From a virus (Duplodnaviria > Caudoviricetes), in IMG/VR virus record IMGVR_UViG_3300046787_000604, positions 1,752-65,751 of that record: a stretch of DNA of 64,000 nucleotides, one strand, 5' to 3'. Every line of letters starts with the position of its first letter. The first letter of the stretch is position 1. Under the pieces are notes generated by a model. It was not told where the DNA came from. It ran no database searches and saw only the letters and a list, made by a program, of their open reading frames with translations. Both the position numbers and the translations under genes were made by a program. Shown here piece after piece: positions 38,880 through 48,623 of this stretch.

Positions 38880-40631
38880 ATGGATGTAAGTCTCGAGTCA
38901 AAAGCATTGTCCCTATTGGAAACCTATGAAGGTGGTAATAATTACCTGATTGAACTGAAACGAAAGTCTCAATTAAATAGAAAGTTTTATCCAACAAGGA
39001 GTCAATCAGAATACATTATTAACAATCACGATAAACAACCCAAAGTCGCTAAGAAATGGGTAATTCTTGATGCCTACTTCGCACAGAAACTTGCGGATGA
39101 TAAACTATACACCGAAATTCCTCAAAAAGTTTGGGTTGAAAAACTATTGTCCGATAAGGAAAAAGCATTCCATATTTGGGGTAGAGTGTTTGAGACTGAG
39201 GAACTACATCACTTTTGGTTACCTAAAGCTGCAATCATCAAAGACAACACAGTTAAAGATGTTGTGATTGATTACACCAAATATTCCAACCGACCACCAC
39301 TTGACCATCAAAAAGAAGCAATCCAAAAATTAGTTGAGAATAAAAAGTTTATCCTTGCCGATGATATGGGTCTTGGTAAAACAACATCAACTATTATTGC
39401 AGCGTTAGAGACCGGTGCTAAAAAGATTTTAATTATTTGCCCGGCAACCTTAAAAATTAACTGGAAAAGAGAGATTGAAAACTATTCCGACCGACCAATT
39501 TTTATCTCAGAAGGAAAACAATTTAGTACGGAACATGATTTTGTTATTGTAAATTACGATATCATGAAGAATTTTCACGACCCAAAAAAGAAAGACGAAT
39601 CATTAATATTAATGTCAAAATTTGATTTGGTTATTATTGATGAAGCTCATTATATTAAGAATGCCCAAGCACAACGAACAAAACTCATCAACGATATTAC
39701 AAAGAGTGTTGATAGATTATGGTTGTTAACCGGTACACCGATGACATCCCGTCCAATAGATTATTTTAACTTACTTAGTTTGATTGATTCACCTGTTGCC
39801 AAGAATTGGATGGCTTATGTTATTCGTTATTGTGCCGGTTTTCAATTCAAAGTCGGACCAAGAAAAATTTGGAATGTTCAAGGTGCGTCAAACCTTGAAG
39901 AATTACGAGATAGAACTGCTGGTCTTACTTTGAGGAGATTGAAAGAAAATGTTTTAGATTTGCCGGACAAAATTATCACACCTGTTTATTTGAGATTAAA
40001 ATCAAAAGTGTATGAAGAGGTGATGGGAGACTACTACAATTGGTATGAAAAAAATCCTGAGGAATCAAAATCACTTACGGTTCAGTTCACCAAGTTAACC
40101 AAAGTTCGTCAAATTATTGCTGATGAGAAAATATCACAGACTATTGAGATTGCAGAAAATATTATTGAACAGGATAAAAAAGTAATCATCTTTTGTAATT
40201 TTACCGATTCGTTAAATAAAATTACGGAACACTTCGGAAAATCGGCGGTTAAGCTTGATGGGTCTATGTCAAAACATGAGAGACAATTTAGTGTTGACCA
40301 ATTCCAAGAGAATGATAAAATAAAAGTGTTTGTCGGTAATATTAAAGCTGCCGGTGTCGGAATTACATTAACCTCTGCGGAGGCGGTAATCTTCAACGAC
40401 TTATCATTTTTACCGTCTGACCACGCACAAGCTGAAGACCGAGCATACCGATACGGTCAAAAAAATAATGTATTAGTTTATTACCCAATTTTTGAGAACA
40501 CTATTGAAGGAATTATTTACGACATACTTCACAATAAGAAACAAGTTATTGCAACTGTTATGGGTGATAATCAAAATACTGCCGATGCTGCGGAAGAAAT
40601 TCTAAAGAGAATTAATGAAATGCGTCGTTAA
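38880..40631 (+). CDS. SNF2-family helicase (SMARCAL1/HARP-like)
   Basis: LADDMGLGKT, IIDEAH, LLTGTP, AAGVGITLT and QAEDRAYRYGQ. Confidence 0.93.
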   Translation: MDVSLESKALSLLETYEGGNNYLIELKRKSQLNRKFYPTRSQSEYIINNHDKQPKVAKKWVILDAYFAQKLADDKLYTEIPQKVWVEKLLSDKEKAFHIWGRVFETEELHHFWLPKAAIIKDNTVKDVVIDYTKYSNRPPLDHQKEAIQKLVENKKFILADDMGLGKTTSTIIAALETGAKKILIICPATLKINWKREIENYSDRPIFISEGKQFSTEHDFVIVNYDIMKNFHDPKKKDESLILMSKFDLVIIDEAHYIKNAQAQRTKLINDITKSVDRLWLLTGTPMTSRPIDYFNLLSLIDSPVAKNWMAYVIRYCAGFQFKVGPRKIWNVQGASNLEELRDRTAGLTLRRLKENVLDLPDKIITPVYLRLKSKVYEEVMGDYYNWYEKNPEESKSLTVQFTKLTKVRQIIADEKISQTIEIAENIIEQDKKVIIFCNFTDSLNKITEHFGKSAVKLDGSMSKHERQFSVDQFQENDKIKVFVGNIKAAGVGITLTSAEAVIFNDLSFLPSDHAQAEDRAYRYGQKNNVLVYYPIFENTIEGIIYDILHNKKQVIATVMGDNQNTADAAEEILKRINEMRR

Positions 40632-40673
40632 ACCAATTTTTGATTATTTATATGTAATGGTTAAACCAAACAT

Positions 40674-42206
40674 ATGAAAAAAATAGAAACTAAAATTCAA
40701 CAGATTGAAACAAAAATCCTTGAAAACAAAATCACAAAGGAAAAAAATCTGTTAATTACCGAAATGAAGAAAATTGGGATTGAGAAACTTCCATATTCTT
40801 ACACAGCCTTGAAACAATTCATTGACCCTGAGACAATGGAATTTCACTACAACAAACACTATAAGGGTTATGTTGATAAATTGAATGACGCACTCTCAAA
40901 GAAAAAGTACGGGGATTTAGAATTAGAACAAATCATCAAAACAATCAGCCGATTCGATAAAACAATCCGAAATAATGCCGGTGGTGCTTTTAACCACGCA
41001 TTGTTTTGGAATATGTTATCACCAAAAACAACAAAACTTAAAGGGGAATTATTAAAGAAAATTACCAAACAATATGGTAGTTTCCCAACGTTCAAAAAAG
41101 AATTTGAGAAAATTGCAAAAGAACGTTTTGGGTCCGGATGGGTATGGTTAGTCCTAACTTCAAGAAATACCTTGAAAATTATGTCCACACCAAATCAAGA
41201 CAATCCTTTAATGAATGTAATTGAAGGTGGTGGATTCCCACTATTAGGTTTAGATTTATGGGAACACGCTTATTATCTTAAGTATAGAAACAAAAGAGAC
41301 GAATACATCACCAACTTTTGGAAAGTAGTGAATTGGGATTTTGTTTCCAAATTATATGAAATGAAGACTGAGACAAAACTTCTTGAGTCTACTAAATTAA
41401 GAGAAATATTGAGTGAGGGAAAATCGGAAATGTGCTCATCATCCGAAAACGAATTTTACAGAACATTATTTAACACCAACCAAGATGTTAAATGGATTTA
41501 CATGAACGGAATTAATAAAATAATGAGAGAAGTATTCTCCGAGAATTTTATTGAAAAACCGGGTAATAACCAAATGTCCGGTGTTTATGACTTAGAAGGC
41601 CCGGGTAGGTCAGTGATTAATAAATTGAATACGAACTACACATCATTCTGTATTTTACTTAACGATTTGAATAAAGTCATTAAAAAATTAACAAAGAGAC
41701 AACCTATTAACTTTAGAGATAAGAATACGGAAGAACAAAAGAAAGAAGCGTCAAGATTTATATCGGCAATTGAGTATTATAAATTCCAAATCTTCAATAA
41801 AGAGAGTGCAACATTCCAAAACTTATTGAGAGTTTTAATTGAAAAGAATGCCGCAGGTTCAAAACGAGAAGAAATCACGGCAGCAATATTAAGAAGATAT
41901 CTTGGTAGAGATTATAAAGTTGATATTGTTGGAGAACTCGGGAGTAAGAAAGATGCAATCAGTGGTGTTGATTTAGAAATAACTAAAGATGGGATTACAA
42001 AAACTGCACAGGTTAAACCTTTCAGAAATAAAGTAATCACCGATGATGGGATATTACTTGAAGGTACTGCTAGCGTAAAAATTTATAAAACAGACTTGAT
42101 GGTTTTCCAAAAAGGTAAAAATGTTTTAGTTTTTGATAAAAAACCGATAATAGTTAATGGTAATTTTCTTTTCCCATTAGACTCATTATTATATGATATA
42201 CAATAA
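40674..42206 (+). CDS. sodA: Fe/Mn superoxide dismutase fused to a C-terminal PD-(D/E)xK-like domain
   Basis: SOD ligands in FHYNKH, FNHALFW and DLWEHAYY, plus FGSGWVWL and NQDNPL. The C-terminal region has GSKREE...GVDL...TAQVKP. Confidence 0.85.
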   Translation: MKKIETKIQQIETKILENKITKEKNLLITEMKKIGIEKLPYSYTALKQFIDPETMEFHYNKHYKGYVDKLNDALSKKKYGDLELEQIIKTISRFDKTIRNNAGGAFNHALFWNMLSPKTTKLKGELLKKITKQYGSFPTFKKEFEKIAKERFGSGWVWLVLTSRNTLKIMSTPNQDNPLMNVIEGGGFPLLGLDLWEHAYYLKYRNKRDEYITNFWKVVNWDFVSKLYEMKTETKLLESTKLREILSEGKSEMCSSSENEFYRTLFNTNQDVKWIYMNGINKIMREVFSENFIEKPGNNQMSGVYDLEGPGRSVINKLNTNYTSFCILLNDLNKVIKKLTKRQPINFRDKNTEEQKKEASRFISAIEYYKFQIFNKESATFQNLLRVLIEKNAAGSKREEITAAILRRYLGRDYKVDIVGELGSKKDAISGVDLEITKDGITKTAQVKPFRNKVITDDGILLEGTASVKIYKTDLMVFQKGKNVLVFDKKPIIVNGNFLFPLDSLLYDIQ

Positions 42207-42229
42207 CATTTAACAATATATTTATAGTT

Positions 42230-43354
42230 ATGGCAGTTATACCGGAACCAGAAAGAAGTAAAATATATACGAGAGTCAAACATCAATTAGGAGCACCACT
42301 TAGAAGTGTTGAACTTGAAGATGAAATGATGGACTCGTTAATGGAATTATCTATTGGAGATTACGAAGAATACATTCTTCAGTGGTTAATAGATAGTCAA
42401 TGGGTTAATTTAGTTAACCTAAACATGAATGAAAAATCTGTGGCCAAAGCGTTGGTTACTAGAACGATGGACTTTGAACAACAATTTAGTTATTCATATT
42501 CAAAAATTGTTGGTTTACAAACCGAAGGTCCTTGGGTGTTGAAGAAAGATTATTTTGTTTTAAGTGCTAACACTCAAACTTACGAAATCCCTGCAGGTCG
42601 TGAGGTTAATGAACTATTATGGTTTAGTGACCAAGCGTGGTCAGCATTTGGATTAGGTGGTATGGCCGGAGGATTCGGTGGTGTTGGATTAGGTGCTAAT
42701 GAGGCGGGATTTGCACAAATGGGTTATCAAGGTTCATACTTCATGATGTCAGGTTTTGATTACTTGATTAGAATGCAAGAGGCCAATATTCTTAACAGAA
42801 TTTTAGGTGGTTCATTAACTTATAGAATTACCGGTTTACCTGATGGTAAGAAAAACATTCACTTATACAACACACCGGGTGGTAAATTCAACTGGTCTAA
42901 TTATAATGCTTATGTTGGTAAAGCGGTGTGGTATTGGTATTATGATGTGACACCTGATAATAGAGCGGATTGTTTGAAAAATAACCCGGATATTATCAAA
43001 TTACCAACAGATGTACCATTGGAAGAATTGACTTGGGAAGAATTAAATGTACCGGGACAACAATGGGTTAGAAGATGGTTTACAGCGTATTGTAAAGAAA
43101 CTTTAGCGAGAGTTAGAGGAAAATATAGTGGTAACCTTAAAACACCTGACAGTGAATTAACCATGGACTATCAATCTTTGGCAACTGAAGCAAAAGATGA
43201 AAAATCAAAATTAATTGAAGAATTGACAGGGGCTGAAGGATGGTTAACAAGAATGAGACCCGAGAAAGTAATGGAACGTGAAGCATTAATTGCGGAAAAC
43301 TTAAACAAACAAATGAAATTTAGAGCAATGCCTCGTCAAATTTACGTAATATAA
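42230..43354 (+). CDS. Neck / head-tail adaptor protein (T4 gp13-like)
   Basis: LGAPLRSVELEDEMMD and WVRRWFTAYCKETLARVRGKYSG...LTMDY match the gp13 pattern. Confidence 0.8.
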   Translation: MAVIPEPERSKIYTRVKHQLGAPLRSVELEDEMMDSLMELSIGDYEEYILQWLIDSQWVNLVNLNMNEKSVAKALVTRTMDFEQQFSYSYSKIVGLQTEGPWVLKKDYFVLSANTQTYEIPAGREVNELLWFSDQAWSAFGLGGMAGGFGGVGLGANEAGFAQMGYQGSYFMMSGFDYLIRMQEANILNRILGGSLTYRITGLPDGKKNIHLYNTPGGKFNWSNYNAYVGKAVWYWYYDVTPDNRADCLKNNPDIIKLPTDVPLEELTWEELNVPGQQWVRRWFTAYCKETLARVRGKYSGNLKTPDSELTMDYQSLATEAKDEKSKLIEELTGAEGWLTRMRPEKVMEREALIAENLNKQMKFRAMPRQIYVI

Positions 43355-43358
43355 GAAT

Positions 43359-43694
43359 ATGGCAATAGTAAAAACAATACCATCAAGAAAAATTATAAAT
43401 GGAATATCAATCAACACATCTGAAATTTCAGTCGTGTCGGAAACAAATTATAAAACTAACGGAGAAAGTTGTATCATCGTCAGAGGTGTTACTCAATCAA
43501 CGGTAATTTTAGATTCTACAACAACAGACCACGTAGTTATTAAATCAATGACCAGTATTACAATTAGACCTGATGTTGGTAAAATTGATGAAGATTATGA
43601 TGAAATAGTTGCCGACCAATACGCCTGTATTGAATTTAGATTTGTGTCCGGAAATTGGTACATTCTTTCATCCGATGGATTGAAACAATCATAA
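43359..43694 (+). CDS. Small beta-rich putative virion protein
   Basis: 111 aa ending YACIEFRFVSGNWYI, resembling tail-fibre repeat domains; coupled to the neck gene. Confidence 0.6.
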   Translation: MAIVKTIPSRKIINGISINTSEISVVSETNYKTNGESCIIVRGVTQSTVILDSTTTDHVVIKSMTSITIRPDVGKIDEDYDEIVADQYACIEFRFVSGNWYILSSDGLKQS

Positions 43695-43726
43695 AAAACA
43701 AAAGTGGTCTTATGACCACTTTTTTT
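43693..43726. terminator. Bidirectional terminator between convergent genes
   Basis: AAAAGTGGTC-TTAT-GACCACTTTT with A- and T-runs on either side. Confidence 0.85.
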
Positions 43727-46451
43727 ATACCATTACCCCTAATTTTTCTTCCCAACCCTCTTCGGCTAAGTCGTACATATAATCAGGTGATAATCCTCGT
43801 TTTTCCCAATATTTTAATTCTTGTTCCGTAACGTCAAGAACATCTTCCTGTAATCTATCTTGAGACCCTTCATCTAATGGATGTCCATTAATCAACTCAC
43901 ATTGAGATTTTGTAAAGATACCTCTCTTTTCAGGTTCATTAACCAATAAATTATTTCTAACCTCGTCTTGGAAAACCACCATCAATGGTTGTAATTTTTT
44001 ATTAAATGTTGTCACAGCTCTCGCAACGTTGTAATCACCTTTCAAATCAGGATTATCGTCTAAAATATTCTTGTCTAACATATAACAGTTTAATTGTAAT
44101 CCGTCACCCTTTTTCTGTACATCACCATGAGATGCTCTAAGTCCATTATTCACATACATAATAACATCACCCAAGTTAACTTTTAAGTTTTCCTGTAATG
44201 CCAATTCCATGTGAGCCATTCTTGACATACTGTTACCCGCCTTTGTTTTCGTATTCAAACGTTTTTGGTAATCCTCTAATGATAATTTAACTCTCGCTCT
44301 CTGAGCAATTTTACTTAAAGAAATCTCTTTATCGTAAATCTTTTGTAAGTACTCATAGTAGTATTCCACAAATGATTGCCCATCACCCTGAAGTAATAAT
44401 TTAATTCCTTTATCCAAAAACTCCTCAATATATAACGGAAGTTTCTTAGACTTAATACTATTACCCGTCAATTTGATTTTACCTTTAGAATCCATAACCG
44501 CATAATTCTTACGTGCTAAGTTAATGGTTGATGGCCAAACACCATCGGTATCAAGAGCCATCTCACCTCTCATAAACACGTCGTTATATTCCGCAACATC
44601 CGCCTCAGGTCCGTAATATTCTTTACCCTCCTTAACTTTCCAATTCAGACCACGACCAACATATACTCGGTCATTTGCTTCATCTGGTGTGGAAAAGTTG
44701 ACACCATCCGTATCCATAACCAAAGGAACATATCCTTTTGCCATGAAGAATTTAATCATCTGACGAAGATATTGTCTACCGGTACAAGTAATTTGTTCTC
44801 CCATATACATATCACCCCAAGCATATACCTGTGGTGCGGATAACGCACCGAACATTGAGTTGATGAAAATCTTAATTGGTAATTGTTTATTACCGTATGA
44901 TTCTGATTTTGCCCTGTCTGTTTCGTAAAACTCCTCCGCTAATTGTTTGTACTTGATACGGGTATTACGGAAATAGGTTAACATACCTTTCATTGCTCCC
45001 GTAACATCACAATCAGGGAATACATCGTGCACCAACTGAATTGAGGGGTATAGGGAACTAAAGTCAAGTTTTAGTACATTCTTACTATAACCAACTTTTA
45101 AGAGTCTTGAGAGGCCCCCTACGAAGTCAGTCTTAGCTTCTTTAGCAGGAATCGCCAATCCATTTTTGTATGACCAAGCTAACATTAACATTTTCCATAA
45201 TGTTGCGGTACCCATGGTTGAAACCCTTTCGTATGTTGTCGGAATCATTGCCGCCAACAAGAACGAACCTTGGTTGAACTCTTGGTCCACCTTAAGGGTT
45301 TCATCTAAGTCATCGTCAAGATACATCTCAACTAACTTATCTCCGGTAATTTTTTCATAAGTGTCAGTTCGTCTTTCACAGATTTCATCAATCTTAGGGT
45401 CAACACCAACTTTCTTATAATTACCGTTGGTGGTATTCAACCAAAAATCTTCTTTATTTGCATAGAATGGACCAATATCTAAATGGTCAATATAAACACG
45501 ACTTGGTGACTCTGCGTTAATGAACTTGGTAATGTATTTCAAACCAGCCGCTTTAATACTTGAGTTAATCGCTTGGGCTCTACGAACCGCGTGGATAATA
45601 TCAATTACATTATAACCCCAAATAGAAGTTTGGGTATATGTTTCAACCTCATTAGCCAATTTTAACATGCCATCTTTACGAGTGTAAGAATGGTTAGGGT
45701 TTAATGACTTACAAACTTTTTTCAAATCAATACCTAAGATTCTACTTCTCTCAAATATCCAATGCCAGTCAAAGTTTGCCGAGTTATATCCACCAATGAT
45801 AGATGGTTTGAGGTCGTTAATTACTTTGAAGAACTCGATGATTGCACCTTTCTCTTCGTTTTCATCTGTACACTCAATAACTCTATGGAATCCTTTATTG
45901 GTTTTGATTCCAATCATGAAGATACGACCGTCCTTTGGTTCAAGAGCGGTCGTCTCCAAGTCATATACCATTCGGGTTACTTCGTTATAATTTTCAAACC
46001 CCTTAAATAATCGTTTTTCTTTGGAAACAAGGTATTGTTCCACCGGAGGTAGAATAGTTATCTTATCCTTGGTTTTATCACCCCATGGGTCACATCCACC
46101 ATCTCTAAAGAAACTAATAAGTTCTCGGTAGCCCTTCATTGATTTAACCATATAGGTCAATCCTTTCTCAAGACGTTCGTTTCCGTGGGTTTCTAATTTT
46201 TCAATCATAATCCCGTACTTGGTCATCGCCTCTTTCTGAGCCGCCTTTGAGTCGTTATAAAATTTTAGATTTCTTAAATCACCTACCCACGCGAATGGGG
46301 TAAATGTGTCTTTACGGATTTCTTTCCCTTTACCGGGAATCTCCTTAACTTTGTAGATACAGTTGTCTCGGTAGTCATACTCGATAGCAACTATAAATTC
46401 TTCCGGGTCATTTCCATGTAGGAATGACTCAATTTCTTCACTGTTAATCAT
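43725..46451 (-). CDS. polB: Family B DNA polymerase with 3'-5' exonuclease
   Basis: Exonuclease motifs YDLETT and YNSANFDW; polymerase motifs DFSSLYPS, KIFINSMFG, MDTDG and KNYA. Confidence 0.96.
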   Translation of the reverse strand: MINSEEIESFLHGNDPEEFIVAIEYDYRDNCIYKVKEIPGKGKEIRKDTFTPFAWVGDLRNLKFYNDSKAAQKEAMTKYGIMIEKLETHGNERLEKGLTYMVKSMKGYRELISFFRDGGCDPWGDKTKDKITILPPVEQYLVSKEKRLFKGFENYNEVTRMVYDLETTALEPKDGRIFMIGIKTNKGFHRVIECTDENEEKGAIIEFFKVINDLKPSIIGGYNSANFDWHWIFERSRILGIDLKKVCKSLNPNHSYTRKDGMLKLANEVETYTQTSIWGYNVIDIIHAVRRAQAINSSIKAAGLKYITKFINAESPSRVYIDHLDIGPFYANKEDFWLNTTNGNYKKVGVDPKIDEICERRTDTYEKITGDKLVEMYLDDDLDETLKVDQEFNQGSFLLAAMIPTTYERVSTMGTATLWKMLMLAWSYKNGLAIPAKEAKTDFVGGLSRLLKVGYSKNVLKLDFSSLYPSIQLVHDVFPDCDVTGAMKGMLTYFRNTRIKYKQLAEEFYETDRAKSESYGNKQLPIKIFINSMFGALSAPQVYAWGDMYMGEQITCTGRQYLRQMIKFFMAKGYVPLVMDTDGVNFSTPDEANDRVYVGRGLNWKVKEGKEYYGPEADVAEYNDVFMRGEMALDTDGVWPSTINLARKNYAVMDSKGKIKLTGNSIKSKKLPLYIEEFLDKGIKLLLQGDGQSFVEYYYEYLQKIYDKEISLSKIAQRARVKLSLEDYQKRLNTKTKAGNSMSRMAHMELALQENLKVNLGDVIMYVNNGLRASHGDVQKKGDGLQLNCYMLDKNILDDNPDLKGDYNVARAVTTFNKKLQPLMVVFQDEVRNNLLVNEPEKRGIFTKSQCELINGHPLDEGSQDRLQEDVLDVTEQELKYWEKRGLSPDYMYDLAEEGWEEKLGVMV

Positions 46452-46519
46452 ATGTTTTATTTAGGAGTGGTTTATTAGCAATCACTTAATTGTGAAGTTC
46501 GCCTTACTCATCGTAAATA

Positions 46520-46547
46520 AATATAATTAAATTATGTCAATAGTCAA
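46520..46547 (-). promoter_or_regulatory. Sigma70-type promoter upstream of polB
   Basis: Minus strand TTGACT-N16-TATATT, overlapping a TATTTAT motif. Confidence 0.45.
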
Positions 46548-46548
46548 A

Positions 46549-46926
46549 TTAGCAACAAGCAGTTTCAGAAATAAAACTTGGTTGAATGTTAATATACAAT
46601 TCCTCTCTAATTGGAAGAATTAAATTACCTTCATCATTCTTAATTAAGAATTGACCTTCGTATCTACCCGGAGTGTTAGTGTCTCTTGAAGTGAACTTGA
46701 AGTAGATGTAATATTCAGGGTCGGCACCTTCGGGTAAAATTAGATTTACGATTTCGGCGGGAGCGGATACAATTTTAGGTATACCCGTCTCCACGTCAAT
46801 CATTGTAAAAAATATTGTAGATACCTCTAAATCACGCATTAGTTGTTGATATCCGGCTCTACCGTCTTTAACAACTTGCATTTTTAGTACAGGTAATGTT
46901 GCGTTTTGTTTAATAAAGAATTCCAT
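46549..46926 (-). CDS. BppU-like baseplate/fibre adaptor protein (start revised to MEFFIKQ)
   Basis: FFIKQNATLPVLKMQV...YFKFTSRDTNTPGRYEGQF; a TATTTATT motif lies 3 nt upstream of ATG 46926. Confidence 0.6.
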   Translation of the reverse strand: MEFFIKQNATLPVLKMQVVKDGRAGYQQLMRDLEVSTIFFTMIDVETGIPKIVSAPAEIVNLILPEGADPEYYIYFKFTSRDTNTPGRYEGQFLIKNDEGNLILPIREELYINIQPSFISETACC

Positions 46927-46942
46927 AACAATAAATATATCG

Positions 46943-48622
46943 TTATGACTCTTTACGTAAATTACTATTATAATGTTCAAATCTATCGTGTTCCGTTGGT
47001 GTTAGAAGTAATAAACCGGGGTGTAATTCTTCTTTTTTAACCAATTGGTACATATGACTCATCCAAGTTTGTTCAAATGGATGTCCCCACGTAGTATCTA
47101 AAAACATCTTTTTATTACCCGGTCTACTAACAATTTGAGGCCAGTTACAATAGTAAACCTCACCAAACGTATATGGTAATCCTTTGTGGGATAACACCGC
47201 AGTGTATTTTGTTTTAGGAGCATTAGGGTCTAATCCCATCTCAGGTAATCTTGGCTTGTCCGGCCAAAATTCAGACCTTACACTTTGAGGGACATTATAC
47301 CACGACCATTGAGTTCCATTATCCCCATAAAATTCAGAATAATTGAGTTTTAAGAAATCAAAATTTTCTTTTTTAATTATCTCTAAAGATTTTGAATATA
47401 AATTTGGAACATATCTATTGAATCCATTTCTACAAACAGTCCCTTCATTCGGGAAGAAAAACATATCATCTTCAAAGAATAGGTAGTAATCCAAATCTGT
47501 TGTTTCAAAATGTTCTGCAATCCATTGTCTACCACCACAAATTCCAAGGTTCTCTTTTTTAATATGTTCAAACCCATGTTCTTCACATAATTTCAAATAT
47601 TCCTCGGTTGTTCCTAAATCTGTTGAATTATCTAAAAGATATTTTGTTGTTTTTAACAAATAATCATTGTCGTAAGCCTGCATTGATTTAATCAATGTTC
47701 TAAACTGATTAGGACTATTAAATGTTAAAACGTAAAGACCTACTTTGTTGGTGTCCAAACTATTACTAGTATCAAACTTGGATTCGTTTTTAACTTTAAG
47801 TTCGTCATTTTTCAAATCCTCAAAAAATTTCCCAACTAATCCGTTAGATTCAATCTCAAAATAATTAATTAAATCAGAATGTTTATAACTCATAATACTG
47901 AAGATAGATTCTTCAGTTCCCATATAACCATCCTCTAATGTTGATTTTAGTAATCCGTAATAAATCCCATTAATATCCCCAATTGTATGAATCGGCCCAC
48001 CAAAAAACCCACCACGGGCAACTTTGTTCACTTTACTACCCGCAAGTGAATTTAATTTGGGATAATTAAACCCATGTATTTCAGCCTCAGCATCATAAGG
48101 GAACGATATGAATGAGAATTTAGAGATGTATTTTGATAAATTATTAAAGACTTTATCGTGAGTGAAATACCCCGGATGAACTGTATTGGTTAATCCACCA
48201 TCAATCCAAAACATATATTCTGAGTTGAATTGGTCCATAATCTTGGCATCGTGTAATAAAAATACTTTAGACATAACCAATGGGTTATAGTTATCTAATC
48301 GGGCTTGAGTTGATTCTCTTAACCACCCAACCTGATTATACCAATCAGGATTAGTTCTAATCTTTTGAATCATTGGGAAGAATTCAGATTCGGTAAACCA
48401 ACTTAATGGTCTTAAAATAAATTGAGTATTTTCATGGTTTCTTTTTTGGAAAACAAACTCTCTTAATTCTTCATCACCAAAGATTATCATATTCTCTTCA
48501 GCATCTAATAATTGACTAAATTTATCTAAATAGTGTTGGTATGGTCGTGACCAACCTTCAGTTAAATCATTTCTCCCAATATCCCAAATACCGGTAACCA
48601 ATGTAATATTATTTGAACTCAT
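46943..48622 (-). CDS. Two-domain glycosyltransferase: HtrL/YibB-like N-terminal domain plus GT-A (GT2-like) C-terminal domain
   Basis: ITLVTGIWDIGR...WSR..Y, FWIDGG, GGFFGG and GTEE; second domain YVLTFNSP...LLDNS...NLGICGGR...LFFEDD. Confidence 0.75.
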   Translation of the reverse strand: MSSNNITLVTGIWDIGRNDLTEGWSRPYQHYLDKFSQLLDAEENMIIFGDEELREFVFQKRNHENTQFILRPLSWFTESEFFPMIQKIRTNPDWYNQVGWLRESTQARLDNYNPLVMSKVFLLHDAKIMDQFNSEYMFWIDGGLTNTVHPGYFTHDKVFNNLSKYISKFSFISFPYDAEAEIHGFNYPKLNSLAGSKVNKVARGGFFGGPIHTIGDINGIYYGLLKSTLEDGYMGTEESIFSIMSYKHSDLINYFEIESNGLVGKFFEDLKNDELKVKNESKFDTSNSLDTNKVGLYVLTFNSPNQFRTLIKSMQAYDNDYLLKTTKYLLDNSTDLGTTEEYLKLCEEHGFEHIKKENLGICGGRQWIAEHFETTDLDYYLFFEDDMFFFPNEGTVCRNGFNRYVPNLYSKSLEIIKKENFDFLKLNYSEFYGDNGTQWSWYNVPQSVRSEFWPDKPRLPEMGLDPNAPKTKYTAVLSHKGLPYTFGEVYYCNWPQIVSRPGNKKMFLDTTWGHPFEQTWMSHMYQLVKKEELHPGLLLLTPTEHDRFEHYNSNLRKES

Positions 48623-48623
48623 C

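Noticed and set aside
5503-46451. Inteins or introns in nrdA, nrdB, helicases, recombinase or polB
   Set aside because: Lengths are normal, catalytic motifs are contiguous, and no intein termini or homing endonuclease motifs were seen.
46927-46980. ORF-track N-terminal extension of the BppU-like gene (similarly the TTG start at 61895)
   Set aside because: The extension overlaps the upstream gene and spans the TATTTAT motif; the ATGs at 46926 and 61889 fit better.
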